DNA of 62,033 nucleotides, filler included, from Choristocarpus tenellus KU-1152 (lineage: Eukaryota > Protista > Phaeophyceae): the NCBI GenBank assembly GCA_964200185.2. It is 12 parts of 12 records of this genome, joined end to end, with 100 filler letters (N's around TTAATTAATTAA, not from the genome) between each part and the next. Parts side by side here need not be neighbours in the genome. Positions count along the whole stretch, not along the records: positions 34,443 to 39,091 come from CAXNAD020013644.1; positions 39,192 to 41,798 come from CAXNAD020026326.1; positions 41,899 to 46,596 come from CAXNAD020013425.1; positions 46,697 to 49,561 come from CAXNAD020024104.1; positions 49,662 to 53,560 come from CAXNAD020017265.1; 7 more parts are not named here. One strand, given 5' to 3'. Of the stretch, positions 38,231-50,480 are shown piece after piece (within the stretch, counting starts at the first letter, position 1; the number at the start of each line of letters is the position of its first letter). The notes beneath the pieces are model-generated. The model did not search any database and was not told the DNA's origin. It saw nothing but the letters and a program-made list of their open reading frames with translations. The position numbers were made by a program, and so were the translations under genes.

Positions 38231-39768
38231 AGGACAGAAGATTACATCAGGTGACTCTTTCACCGACAGCCATTTTGGGGGTGACTCTTCTTCCATCTCT
38301 CACATAAGTGAAGGTCAGAGGAAAGATACTGTAGAGACTTTTAGAAAAATAAAAAATAAAAAGCCATTTTTTTTTTCTTGTCCTTTTGAAAATAATTAGA
38401 AAATTATACCTCCGCTCTCACCAATCAAATCAATATACCTACAGTTGAAATACTTTGGGGGTTTTTCCGTCTCTGTTTGTGTTCCTAATATTTCATCCCT
38501 GGAATAGGGGAAGTAATGTCTTGTTCTATGATATATATATTTTTTTGCTCAGCATGTACGCTTCCACAATTTTCTTTTTTTTTTCATTAAAAAGAAGGAA
38601 GATTATGATCCAAGTTATCGCTCGTTAAGTATTAATTTTTCCCAATTTTATTTTAGCAATACAATTATTACCTATCAGGGAAGGTATTATTGGAGTGGTG
38701 AAGTCGACTGTACAATGTGGTATGATCGGAGAGTATTATACCATCGTTGGTATGTATTATACCTTTGCAAGGACTCGCCCAACCCCACATAATCCCAACT
38801 CCACTTGTATGATTAAACTTGGCAGCCTGGTGGTGAATGAGTACTATTTACTTCACTGATATCAATGGAAGTAGTGATGATGATAATAATAATAATAATA
38901 ATATTTTTGAAGGACTCCGTTAAGAACAGATTGTACAGGTGGCATGAAATAAGGTTCTTGATCCTTTAAAAAAAAATCACATGTGATTTCCTTTTTCATT
39001 TTTTAGAGCTTGATTTCCTTTCTCTATCTACCACCCCGTAGGATAGGCGTTCTCCCTCTCGCACACACATAACACACACATACACCCCACCNNNNNNNNN
39101 NNNNNNNNNNNNNNNNNNNNNNNNNNNNNNNNNNNTTAATTAATTAANNNNNNNNNNNNNNNNNNNNNNNNNNNNNNNNNNNNNNNNNNNNCCTCCACAA
39201 GCACCGAAATATTTTTGAACGAAAATATATCCCATTCAGAAAGGGGTCCTTCAAAAGTGCCGCAACATTTACAAACAAAAAAAACATATGAACACTTTTT
39301 GCGCACCATTTTAGTTCAAACCCAGCCTCCATAGTATGCTCCATTCTCAATTTTGCCGGGAGGCTGTTTGTGGGCGAAATGCACAATTCGTGCCTAACCC
39401 GCGCAGACAGTGTCCTCTACAATGGATAAGCACAACAGAGTACTGTCCTGTACTCGTCTTTTCAAATTAGATCGGTGCTATTTTCTTAGTATCTCTTGTT
39501 TACTGAAGTTTCTTCAACTTATTATTTTCTTCCTTTCGACGAAAGGTATTGCACATAATGGGCTTTAGAATATTCTCATTATACTCTCATGGGAGGACAG
39601 GGTAGTTCTACCCAAGTGTCCGAGGCGTGTCTGGGGGGAGAAGAAACGACTCTCCTTTACCATAGAGATGCTCAGCAACTCGCCTATCTTGTTTGCAGAC
39701 GAACCTCCCTCAGGTGGAACCAAAAAGATCTTGGGAGGAAGGCCCCAATTAGGATTGTATATATGTAA

Positions 39769-40529
39769 AGTGGTACCAATAGCTTCGCAGTCTGTGGCAG
39801 TTCTCCTTTTTTTCACCGTATCGCCGCAACAGATATACAACAATATATATCAAATGAAAGCTTATGACAAGACCTTTTGAAGGTTTATATCCAGGAATGT
39901 ACAATCTTCGGTGAACGGGAACTATGTCCAGATAAAATAAGGGGGAAAAACGCGGGGAATATCTTCAGCGCATTTTTGAAGTTCACGACTTCAAAATGTA
40001 CAAAAATGAAGTGGTTGGCTGAACTCCTTCCAGAAAACTGGTGCAGGTTAGGTCGCTGCCCAAGTTTGACTGGTGTGGCCCACCGAAAAAAAAAAAAGAA
40101 GCAGAAACCCCCCCCAAGATTTCCTCTTTTTTACGCATTTTGCAGACTTTCTGTGAGCACACACACACATAACTTACACAACAACATGAACCACGACAGC
40201 GAGACAAGAAGCTCCGCCGAGGCCACTCTGCCCTCTGGATCTACCCTCGGCGCCTTCTCTGTCGAGAGGGTCCGGAAAAACAAGTACCGTGTGAAACTCA
40301 GTGCGATGTTAGGCAACGAGAAAGTGCGAGTAGTGTGGCACAGCAGCATGATCGATTCGCAAAATGGACCACGCGGTCTTGACACTGACGCTGAGAGAAA
40401 ATGCATTGAAAGCATTACCACACAAACGTGGTTGGATCTCCAATCACGTCGGAGCACTGCTCTGCAGTCTCTGCCGCCTCGGGAAAGAAGGAAGAGAACA
40501 GCGAGTCCATCACCAGGTGTGGTACAGTG
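39769..40529. mobile_element. Second copy of dispersed repeat family E
   Basis: Starts GTAA|AGTGGTACCA. Shares GTGAACGGGAACTATG, CGCCGAGGCCACTCTGCCC.CTGGATCTACCCTCGGC and ATCACCAGGTGTGGTACAG with 27854-28602. Confidence 0.8.
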
Positions 40530-41126
40530 ATGAAGTCTGTGGGAAAGCCTGGTCACGGTGGGCAAAGGGAGAACCAGAGGTACCGACCGAAGGGAAGGTT
40601 AGGGAGGAGAGCAGTGCGACTACGTGCCATCGCGCTCAGGAAATGCCTAAGCGAAAATCCAGGTGTAGAATATCTTAGCGGTCGACAGTTGCATTGGGCC
40701 ATAGGTGTTTGGAAGCTGTGTGAGTCAGAGTGACTTTGGAAGCGAGAAAGAAGGTGTTAGGGTTGGGCTACAAGGGCTCTGAATACCCAAAAGAAGGTAA
40801 CCAATTTCCGGCGTTAAACAAGGACATGTGATTGTAAAGGCTGCTCTAACACAGCAAATCCTGTACGTGTGTATGAATGATGAGAAAGACTGTCAAACAG
40901 CGCTTGAGATGGCAGCAGGATATGCGATGGTCAGGTCGGAAACTGTGAGTAAATGAGAGAGAGACTTCCTAATTAAGGGCCACATCAAGGTGTCGGAGCA
41001 AGGGTGCGACGAGAGGCGTTTCGTTCTGGGCCTCGACGAGGACATCCTTGGCGAGTTCAAAGAGTGGGTGCGCGAATATATAGAAAGGGTAGGGAGGCCT
41101 TTTTCCTGTCTAAACCCTATACTGTA

Positions 41127-41410
41127 GAGTAAAAGTATCTTAGAGGGTACGAGTTTTGCCCCGTTTGTCCGTTTGGGGCTTGGCTTCCCACCATTTTTTG
41201 AAGACATTTTCCTATTCCGATTTGTAGTGGAATTGGTCAAATGTGTACGTTTTGGAGTAGGTTTCATGTATGAAACTATGAAAAGGCGTGTTCGGAACAA
41301 GGATATTGACACTTCCTCACAAATACGATGGCCAAAATTATATCAAAATCGCAACATTGGATTTTGACCCCCAAATGGACGCGGTCTTACCCTCTAAGCT
41401 ACTTTCACTC
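41127..41410. mobile_element. MITE family A full-length copy
   Basis: GAGTAAAAGTATCTTAGAGGGTA...TACCCTCTAAGCTACTTTCACTC with direct TGTA at 41123-41126 and 41411-41414. Confidence 0.9.
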
Positions 41411-41761
41411 TGTAATCAAGTAATAGCATATCCGTTGCCACTCTTGGTGTTCTACAATCCAGGGTTCGAACCCCAATATGACCGCTCTTTCTTCAAAAAA
41501 GAAAAAAAATGCGAAAAACAAAAACGAAGCCCATAGTCTGGAGGGCATTGTGACGGGCATCACTACTATGCCTTTATATTTTAGTCCGATGTCTACATTA
41601 AAGGTTATGATGGGACAACCCCAGAGGGCGAACCTATCGGTACCACTATAGGATATATATATATATATATATATCAATATTTGTATGTGTGTATGTTTGG
41701 ATGGTAATGTCTGTTACTGGCAAAGATTCATCAAAGATAGGGACAATACGTTTTGGTTGCT

Positions 41762-41798
41762 GGCTCAAAGTATCTGGGGGGGGGGGGTGGCGAATGTC
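41762..41798. mobile_element. MITE family B end at a contig break; further contig-edge fragments at 25509-25559, 31711-31725, 41899-41927, 49536-49561, 53661-53705 and 62011-62033
   Basis: GGCTCAAAGTATCT followed by a G-run, or a C-run followed by AGATACT, directly at contig edges. Confidence 0.8.
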
Positions 41799-42093
41799 NN
41801 NNNNNNNNNNNNNNNNNNNNNNNNNNNNNNNNNNNNNNNNNNTTAATTAATTAANNNNNNNNNNNNNNNNNNNNNNNNNNNNNNNNNNNNNNNNNNNNCA
41901 CCCCCACCCCCCCAGATACTTTGGACCACCAATCCATGCTTTCTCCTCCTGTAATCACCTCATAACAAAACTGTGGTATATCACTGCAGTTGTGATAACC
42001 ATGTGATTATCCCCGCCCCACGTTAGGATCACCTTCAAAAACAAACACGCCAATAATATCTCAACAAAATTAAATTGAAGAGGAACTGCTCAC

Positions 42094-45000
42094 AATGTCT
42101 TTCGGAGGTGTTCATCAATCTCCATAATAGCCGCCTGGTTCCCGCAGCGATAGCAGTAGTTGGGTGCACTGAAGATGGTCACCACATTGGTAGCATGAGA
42201 CCAGTTATATCCCTGAGAACATCCAGCAACATCAGGAAACAGGCACACAATCATGGAACAGAAGTACACTGTGAGAAAACCCAAACAAGACCTTTGAATA
42301 CGATTAATGTGATACGACTATTGATATGATACTAATATTGATGTGATACTACTAACATGATACGATTATTACGATACAATAAATATGATACTAATATTGA
42401 TGTGATACTACTAACATGATGCGTTTATTACGATACAATAAATATGATACAATTATTAAATGATACTATCACTAATATGATACTACTATTGAAATAATAC
42501 TATTACTAATATGATATTGAGGATGTTACAACAAACAAAGGTTCAAAGGGGCCAACCAATAGAGGTCAAAAGTACTGTATACATTCAACAAGCAAAGGCA
42601 CATGGCCTCTACCAACACAGGTTTGGACAGTGTCACCTTTTTCCTATCATGGCATGATTATTGATTTTTTTTATTAATGATTTTAGTATCAATGATAATC
42701 ACTGACTGCAACAGGTTTGCCAGATTTAGCTGTTCTTTGGTGCAAGATGAACGGAAAATGGGAGTAACATTTTACCCCTATTATTATTATTATATTATTA
42801 TTATTATGCCCTCTGACATTTTGCAGATGTGTCAGAGGGGAAACCAATGAAAACTGTACGTGTTGTCAGTGTAAATATTCTAGCTCTATTGTTGTCAGTG
42901 TAAATATTCTAGCTCTATTGTTGACAGTGTAAATATTCTAGCTCTACTGTTGTCAGTGTAAATATTCTAGCTCTATTGTTGACAGTGTAAATATTCTAGC
43001 TCTATTGTTGTCAGTGTAAATATTCTAGCTCTATTGTTGACAGTGTAAATATTCTAGCTCTATTGTTGACAGTGTAAATATTCTAGCTCTATTGTTGACA
43101 GTGTAAATATTCTAGCTCTATTGTTGACAGTGCATCATAGTATGAACAGGAGGGCTATATATATAAACCATACAGAATGGTAAAGAGGGTTCAAAGCATG
43201 CTATTATACATTGAAGTGATCCTGCACTATACCTCAGTACATCACCTCATGCTTATTTCTTGGTAAATTGGTACAGAAGATATCGTAAACCTATTGTTCT
43301 CAAAAACATGGTAAAGTCTTCCACATACTATTCCACATTATTTTGTGTCCTGCACCTATTGTTGAATAGCCGGTGATTACACAGAAAAATGGGTTCCAAG
43401 TTATCTACAAAATATCAGTTGGTCATCCAATACCAGCCCTCACCACCCAATCAAAACCATAGATAACTTCAAAAAGAAATTAAATTGGACTTTTGATGAC
43501 ATTGAACTACTACCATCCCAACCAATCATCATAGAGATTTTTACAACTTGAAGTCAGAATAATAAAAACACAGTGAGAATTGGTTGGTTTAGAACCCAAA
43601 CTGATATCTGTTGAGTCGATTTATCAACCTTATCATAAACTAGGTTGTACACAATCATAAAATGGGTGCAGGAGGACTGCACAAGAGATCACAAGTAGGT
43701 GAATCATTTATAAATAATAAAATATAGAAATAATCTAATTAATGGTAATAGCCACTAGATTTAGTGTAAGACGATCAGCAATTCACAAACCACCGTATCA
43801 GTGATAATCCTTGACTTCCAGCTGCTCCAACTGAAAAACAAAGAAAAAGAAAAATCCCTCTTGAGTTTTACCCTTAAAAAAAAACATATAAATTGAGAAA
43901 AATATGACGATACAACGCTCTTTCAAAATCACTGTTCACAAAAAATAAAAACGCAAGACTAAAAATAATAAAAAGTATCAGAACAAGAAAAGGGAACAAC
44001 AGTCCTTCAAAACAACAAGACATCGCACAATACACACGCCTATCGCAATACAACTCCACAATGCACCTTCACAATACAAACAAAAACAGAACCATGACCA
44101 TGACCATGACCAAAGCCAAGGATCACAACCACGCTCTCACATCCATGACCAACTGGTGTGCCCTTGCCACAAGGTTGAGTCCATTGGTGTGATTATACTG
44201 CTCCGAAATATCCTGTCCAAAGGTGTACCCCGCTCCCCGAGGAGATATACCCCATCCATATCGATCATCAGGGTCTGACCAAAGCAGGTCACACATAGGC
44301 CCCTCATGGGGTACCTATTATAAAGGTACCATTGTAGAGAACCAAGGTATAGCATAAACCAAGGTATTGCATAGACAAAGGGCACCAAGGAGAGACAGGC
44401 GAGTACGAATCAAATCATGCCTTCCAGGGTGCAACAAAATCCCCATAGAGGCAAAGTCCCAACAATAAAGCTAATGCAATCTTGACGGACGGTACAAAGA
44501 GTAGTGAGATTGATCTCTTACCTCACACATGTTTTCATGGTACCATACCTACTACAAACACACCTGCTATAAACCCACCCACACCATGTATCAATACTCT
44601 TACATTATTGGCAGATTGAGGGCAACTGATACCCTCCAGTACACTATGCCGCATAATATGAATAGCAAATCGTGCCCAATAGTGATACCATCTAACAGGG
44701 GCGGGAGCTACTGCTGAGTTTCAAGGGCCCCTATCACTACCTTGGGATGCACTATCAATATTGTGTGATTTGAGCACTACTATAATAAGGGCACTTCTGG
44801 CTAACAATGTCTTCAAAGGTGATCTTCTCTTCCACAGGAAGACCTTCCTTGGGAGGCCAACTGCACTTCATGCATGGGCTTAAATTAAAGAAATTTGTAA
44901 ACAGTCATCCAAAATCAAAGTGGTTAAAATCAATCCCCCATTCTCACATACGCATCCACTCCCAACCCAATACCACCGCAACAGTGTAATAAAAAATATA

Positions 45001-45805
45001 TATATATGGTATATACATATGGTATGCAGTATGCACTTACGACTGCTAACCTTGCAGTACTTTTACATCATGATAGGTCTCAAACGGATGCGGGTAGCAC
45101 CCAACAACTACTAAATGAGGTATACTTGGGTACAGAGCCACCTACTGGCACTAGCTTCTGCTCACCTCCTGTACCCTGTCCAATGCCCTGATGTGGTCCA
45201 GGGTCTCAATAGATGGCGAAAGCCCCCCATGGAGACAGAATATCTGCATGGTCACCATCACCACCAAAGATAATACCAAGTAACAAATAACGATGTCAAG
45301 TCGCCCATGTTCATAGTGGTAATACCTAGCACATAGTGGTAATACCTAGTACTAGGGCTTCACACCATGCCCTCCTCAGGAAAAAATGTCAAAGAACAAC
45401 AAAAAACACAGGGAGGCATAAAAAACAGGAAGGCGAAATCAAAATGCCCCTCTTGCCACGAACCTCACAACTACTTTACTGCAGAGGATCAAAACAGAGC
45501 AAAGTGCAGACACCTTTGAAGGCGTTCTGTTCTGTGTGCGCCAAAGGAAGTTCGGCAGGAAAACAATCTTGCGTGCGGTAGCAAGAGCCTGATCGATCAA
45601 TAAGAATAAAATTCTAAAAAATATATTTAGTTTTATTCTTAACAAAGCAGTATCACCAAGACAAAAATCATCCCACAACCCTAACCCTTAAATCTGAAAA
45701 AAAGAAAAAAGAACACAAAAAAACAGGTTTTGCTGAGACAACCAACCAGCCCCATCACCCTAACCCCCCGCACTGTACATCCCAACAACATCACACATAC
45801 ACACA

Positions 45806-45841
<36 letters not shown>

Positions 45842-46107
45842 CACCTAAATACATACATATATGCTCTACTCAGTAGATAACTGGGAAAAAAAAGAGATTA
45901 GACCTTGAGATACAAAATACAATTTCACACCACCAGTGAGTGCCCTCTCCCACACAATGCAACACGCCGGACCTGATCTGATGATGATGTTTACGGACCT
46001 GATCATCCACAAGAGCGGTGAGCGGCAAGTAGTCAAACACGTCCGTAAACATCTTCCAAACAGTAGCATTGCCGTACTTCCTGACACACTCATCGTAGAA
46101 GCCATAC
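42094..46107 (-). CDS. PP2A-C: Ser/Thr protein phosphatase 2A catalytic subunit; internal exons 46107-45999, 45243-45166, 44314-44141, 42212-42094 (partial)
   Basis: [34 protein letters not shown] | [26 protein letters not shown] | [54 protein letters not shown] | [31 protein letters not shown]. The YTFGQDISE and GNQAAIME motifs favour PP2A over PP4/PP6. Confidence 0.95.
42318..42517. repeat. Degenerate AT-rich tandem repeat (TGATACTA-based short units; one ~58-bp block duplicated)
   Basis: Recurrent ATGATACTACTAATAT-like units inside a PP2A intron. Confidence 0.8.
42861..43132. repeat. 29-bp minisatellite, about 9 copies
   Basis: TGTTG(T/A)CAGTGTAAATATTCTAGCTCTAT repeated head-to-tail with no spacers. 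Confidence 0.95.
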
Positions 46108-46115
46108 CTGACATC

Positions 46116-46341
46116 ACAGTATCATACAGTATTGTATCGGATTCACAGTATTATACAGTATCATACAGTATTGTATCGGATTCACAGTATTGTACAGTGT
46201 CATACAGTATCCTATTGGATCGTACAGTGCCATATTTTATTGTATCACATACAGTATTCTACAGTATCGTATTGAAATGTACGATACCATATTGCATCAT
46301 ACAGTACCGTATTGGATTTACAGTATCATACAGTATCGTAC
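46116..46341. repeat. Degenerate ~10-bp (ACAGTATYRT) tandem repeat with a 39-bp higher-order unit
   Basis: ACAGTATCATACAGTATTGTATCGGATTCACAGTATTRT occurs twice and then decays. Confidence 0.85.
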
Positions 46342-46696
46342 AAAGTTGGTTGTGGGGTTGGAAAAACAATCAATAGAACAAGAGCAGCAGAGAGAGTGTC
46401 GATTCAGTTTACTCTTCCAAATCTACACCCCTAAACATCAGTCAGGGTTCGTTCTGTTGAATATATTCACGTAGAATGCACAAGGATCTCTCTCCTCTGT
46501 TAGATCAAGTTCAATGTCCTCATCCATCTAAAAAAAAAAAAAGACCCAATCCACATATTTTATAGATAACCAGGGGGGAGACTATAGGATTTTCTCNNNN
46601 NNNNNNNNNNNNNNNNNNNNNNNNNNNNNNNNNNNNNNNNTTAATTAATTAANNNNNNNNNNNNNNNNNNNNNNNNNNNNNNNNNNNNNNNNNNNN

Positions 46697-46795
46697 CATC
46701 AGCTGTATCAAACCAAACCACCCAAAAATCGTGACATGAAAAAATTGACCCCAAACGGACAGCCACCCCCCCCCCCCCCCCAGATACTTTAAGCC
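46697..46795. mobile_element. MITE family B partial copy at a contig start
   Basis: AAAAATCGTGACATG..CCCCAAACGGACAGCCA, C-run, AGATACTTTAAGCC. Confidence 0.8.
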
Positions 46796-47338
46796 TATGC
46801 ACCATCTACACTGGCAGGTCAAACTGAAATATCATACCTCCAATGGCAAGTCTTTCGAGTACCCTCTACATCACTGTTGTATTTTTAAAGCTACTGTTCC
46901 TTTTATGTACTCGGTGAGCCCTAGGCTCGCACCAGGAATTTCTCGTAGCTGGGGCTCGTGGTGAGCTGCTCCACATCTCAGTTTTAGTTCCTGCCAATGG
47001 GATAGGTAGGAATTGTGACAACTGTTCTGGGTCGAGGAATTGCTTCCCGGCACTGGGGAAGTGTGGAGACTGCTATCTACCAAGCGTGTGGTGCAGTCAA
47101 CTGCAGCATTCCAAGTGAGCCCTCTTCACAGATTTGTCAGGGGATGCCACTATTATACCACTATTTTGCACAGTAGTAACGCATTCACCAACTTGCTCAG
47201 GGAATTCAGTTGCAGAGATGCTAAAGATGGGACAGGTGGATTCCTCTTCCTTGCCTGGCAATCTCTAAACGTGACTCCCAAGCAGCTGCTCTAGGTTGAG
47301 AAAGCAGTAGCTATTAGTGCATTAAAATGCCATTGCAG

Positions 47339-48912
47339 ACGCATACCAACACCCGTACTCCCCCATTGCACATGGGTTGGTACTTTTTTTTATTCCATTT
47401 TCAAGGGCCAATGATGTAGTACCAGTTGAATCTGAAAGAACCACTGTGATTCCACCCGGGAATGAGTTCCTGGTGGTGGTGGGAAGAGGGGGTCTCATTT
47501 TTGCAGGAGGTTCATCCGGGCGCTCAATGCTGATTGAAGTCACACGTCACGTTTCTTCCTCAGGAAGGTGTGTTGCTGGTTTGGTGGATCGGGAGCTCCT
47601 TCCCTCTACCCCATCACATTTATCACTTTCACTCCACGCCGTGGACCCTTGTTTCACTGACAATCTCGGCCCAGTGCTCGACATTGCAGTGCTGAACTCA
47701 GATTGGGAAGGAGGAGGCGGTGTTTACCAGACGACCTCAAAGGGCGACCGAGACCCAGATGCACCACATGCACGAAGGCGTTTACACAACGATGAACCTT
47801 GTGGAACACTCAAAATAGGTCACTGCAATCACAGCCCGTGGGTATGGGGAGGTATAAGGGTGGTCGTAGCTACAGGAGAGCAGGATGGTGGCTCTCTATG
47901 CGTTTTAGACCATGGCTTTGGTCTGGAGGCATTATCAGAGGGGCCACTGGGCTTAGGTGAGGGCGTATCGATATATGCACAGCCTACTGGCAACGCTGGA
48001 TTTTCTTCCTTCAAGCTAGATGATGGAAGAAACAAAACTTTCCTCCGTCATTCACCACGAGACTTGATGGGCTGTGACAAACAGGAGACAGAGATATTAT
48101 CGGGCGACCTGCTTCTGTTTTCAGATCGGGTACAAGGTCAAACACACTTCATGGTGGTGTCCCGTGATGGTCACGCGACTCCTGTGCCAGAGCCTCAGGT
48201 GCAAAACGCTGGTAGTACCAAGATGCTCTGAGAAACATCATGTTCTTCCTGTTGAATATTTTTTTTTGTAAGATCTGCTCACGCATATAAAGACCACTCC
48301 AGAGATATACTAACTGTCTCAGGAGTGAATGATAGGCGTTGACTTTTTTCCTTGCCCCCTCTGAAATGCACACCGAGATGACAAATCACGCCATGCACGA
48401 CTTTGTGCGTGCTCTAAGGGTCTATAAACCTGTCTTTCCTCAACACGCACTCTCTGTGTGCATATTAAGTCCGTATCGGCCCAGTTGACAATCCACCAAA
48501 TGTGTGCCTGAATGCCCTGTGCTACTCGCTGTAAAACTCCCTTGTCCTTTCACAAAGGGCTTCCAGAGTGACTCGCATACCATCCACCTGGGTCGAATAG
48601 AGCCCGAGGGACTCTTGGTCCAGGTGTCTGAGACAAAAGTCAATGTTGCAGACACCACTACTCACTCTGCTGTTGGTACCTGGAGTTCGACAGGGGGTTG
48701 GAGGCTGGAGCATGGGGCCACTTCAGGACATTTCGTTTCGGTGGCCAGCGGATTGAACCTTGCTCTCCTGGAAGTTGGTCCATCCTCGGGACTAGAGGCG
48801 GTAAGGGAGCTCTGCAGCATTGAGCTCTCGAGTGCCACATCTGCCCTTGCTATGCGCTACACACCTCTTCCCTGTGATGGCTGTAGCGACAGCAGCACGA
48901 GGCACTTCGAAG
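47339..48912 (+). CDS. DDB1/CPSF1/SF3B3(RSE1)-family beta-propeller protein; exons approx. 47339-48198 and 48558-48912 (partial)
   Basis: NLGPVLDIAV, VVATGEQDGGSLCVLDHG and GFQSDSHTIHLG..LLVQVSETKV resemble conserved MMS1_N-region blocks (NLGPIxD, xxxG-x-GSL, GF-x-TL, VQVT). The PQ|GFQ junction is GT-AG in phase 0. The first acceptor is uncertain. Confidence 0.7.
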
Positions 48913-49411
48913 GTGCTTGTACAATGTCTGTTCCGGTTGGGAAGGAGTGACATGAATCAAAAAGTGAGGGTTGGCGTTGAGTTTAAAGGGCCCCTATGAC
49001 TCCCTTGTGATGCACGTGTGTTGAGCTTTTGAGCACTGTGGGGTGCACTTTTGGTTAACAGTGCGTAAACAGTTTATCTCCTCTTCTACGACCACTACCT
49101 CTAAGGAGGGTCACCTGCATTCCGGGCACGAGCATAGTGTAAACTGCACAAGGTCCAGAAAGGTCTTAAAACTCGTAAGGCTTAAAAAAAAACGCTTCTC
49201 AGATAGTTTCACTCTAAGCGTAGAGAAGGTGAGGACCCTTAGGTAGGGTTGATGAGCCAAAGCACTTGTAGTATAAGCTGTAATTGTGAACGTCTGCTTA
49301 GAATGCAACACTTTTTACGTTTGGGTTAGTATACACTGACGCCAGAAAATATCTGTTTTGAGAGTGCTATCTATATGCACATATTAAAGTATAACTTAGG
49401 CTTCATTATGT

Positions 49412-49535
49412 GAGTCAAAGTATCTTAGAGGGTAGAGTGGTGTCCTTTTGGGGACCAAAATCACACGTTGCGATTTTGATGTAATTTTGGCTATCTTGTT
49501 TGTTAGGAAGTGTCAATATCCTTGTTCTGAACACA
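49412..49535. mobile_element. MITE family A partial copy (reverse), interrupted by a family B end at 49536
   Basis: GAGTCAAAGTATCTTAGAGGGTAG..GGAAGTGTCAATATCCTTGTTC followed by GACCCAAAGTATCTGGGG. Confidence 0.8.
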
Positions 49536-49869
49536 GACCCAAAGTATCTGGGGGGGAGGGGNNNNNNNNNNNNNNNNNNNNNNNNNNNNNNNNNNNNNNN
49601 NNNNNTTAATTAATTAANNNNNNNNNNNNNNNNNNNNNNNNNNNNNNNNNNNNNNNNNNNNGCTCTCTACCTTATCACATAATCCACCAGCGGTGTCTAT
49701 AGTGTATCAGCAGCACTATCAACGAACATAAGAATGGCAAAATGCACAGAACACAGGTTCTCAGCCGCCATCAACAAACCACTGCAACTCCCTTTCTCTA
49801 TCATGATCTCGCTGCCAGGCTTGGTGTTTGACCTAACCAAAACCATGCCATATATTTTTTCCATTAGGC

Positions 49870-50480
49870 TACTGCAGAGACATTAAACACCATGTGGTCA
49901 ATGTTTTCAGGTATTCACCACCCAAAAATTGCAAGAAATCATTGCCAGCAGGACCCTCTACGATTGGACCTACACAGAACGCCGTTCTCACCATGAGTCA
50001 GTGGGTCATTTTGAAGCCAAGTGTCTAAATCAGTGGCAGAGATATCAACAATACAGCACCAATCGAGTAATGTATGGGTGTAGAGACATTTAACACCATG
50101 TAGTCAATGATGTCATGTGCTTACGATGCCCGAGAAATACAAGAGATCCTCACCAACAACACCCTCTAAGATCGGACTTACACAGATGCCGTTCTCACTA
50201 TGAGTAGGCAGGTCGTGCTGATGCTAAGTGTCAAAATCAGGGCTAGAAACGTCAATGGTATAAAGATACAGCAACAATTGAACAGTACAAGACTGCTATA
50301 GAGATGTTCAACATCATGTGGTCAATATTATCATGTACTCACAACACTGGAGAAATTAAAGAGATCTTCACCAAATGGACCCCCTATGATTGGATTTACA
50401 CAGAATGCTGTTCTCAAAGTGAGTCACCAGGTCATTCTGATGCCAAGTGTCAAAACCAGTGGTAGAAACGTAAAATGTAC
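49870..50480. repeat. Three diverged tandem copies of a ~205-220-bp unit
   Basis: AGAGA(C/T)..CATGT.GTCAAT, TACACAGA..GC.GTTCTCA and GC.AAGTGTC.AAA blocks recur from about 49876, 50082 and 50300. Confidence 0.8.

Noticed and set aside
35540-38307. Cys/Val-, His/Thr- and Phe/Leu-rich ORFs
   Set aside because: They are translations of microsatellites and CT tracts.
41420-41490. tRNA-like T-arm/B-box GGGTTCGAACCC (similar GGTTCGAG at about 14583)
   Set aside because: No acceptor stem or cloverleaf could be formed. At most a decayed SINE head.
42861-43132. 29-bp repeat array of CRISPR-like unit length
   Set aside because: Units are contiguous with no spacers, lie in a spliceosomal intron, and no cas genes are present.
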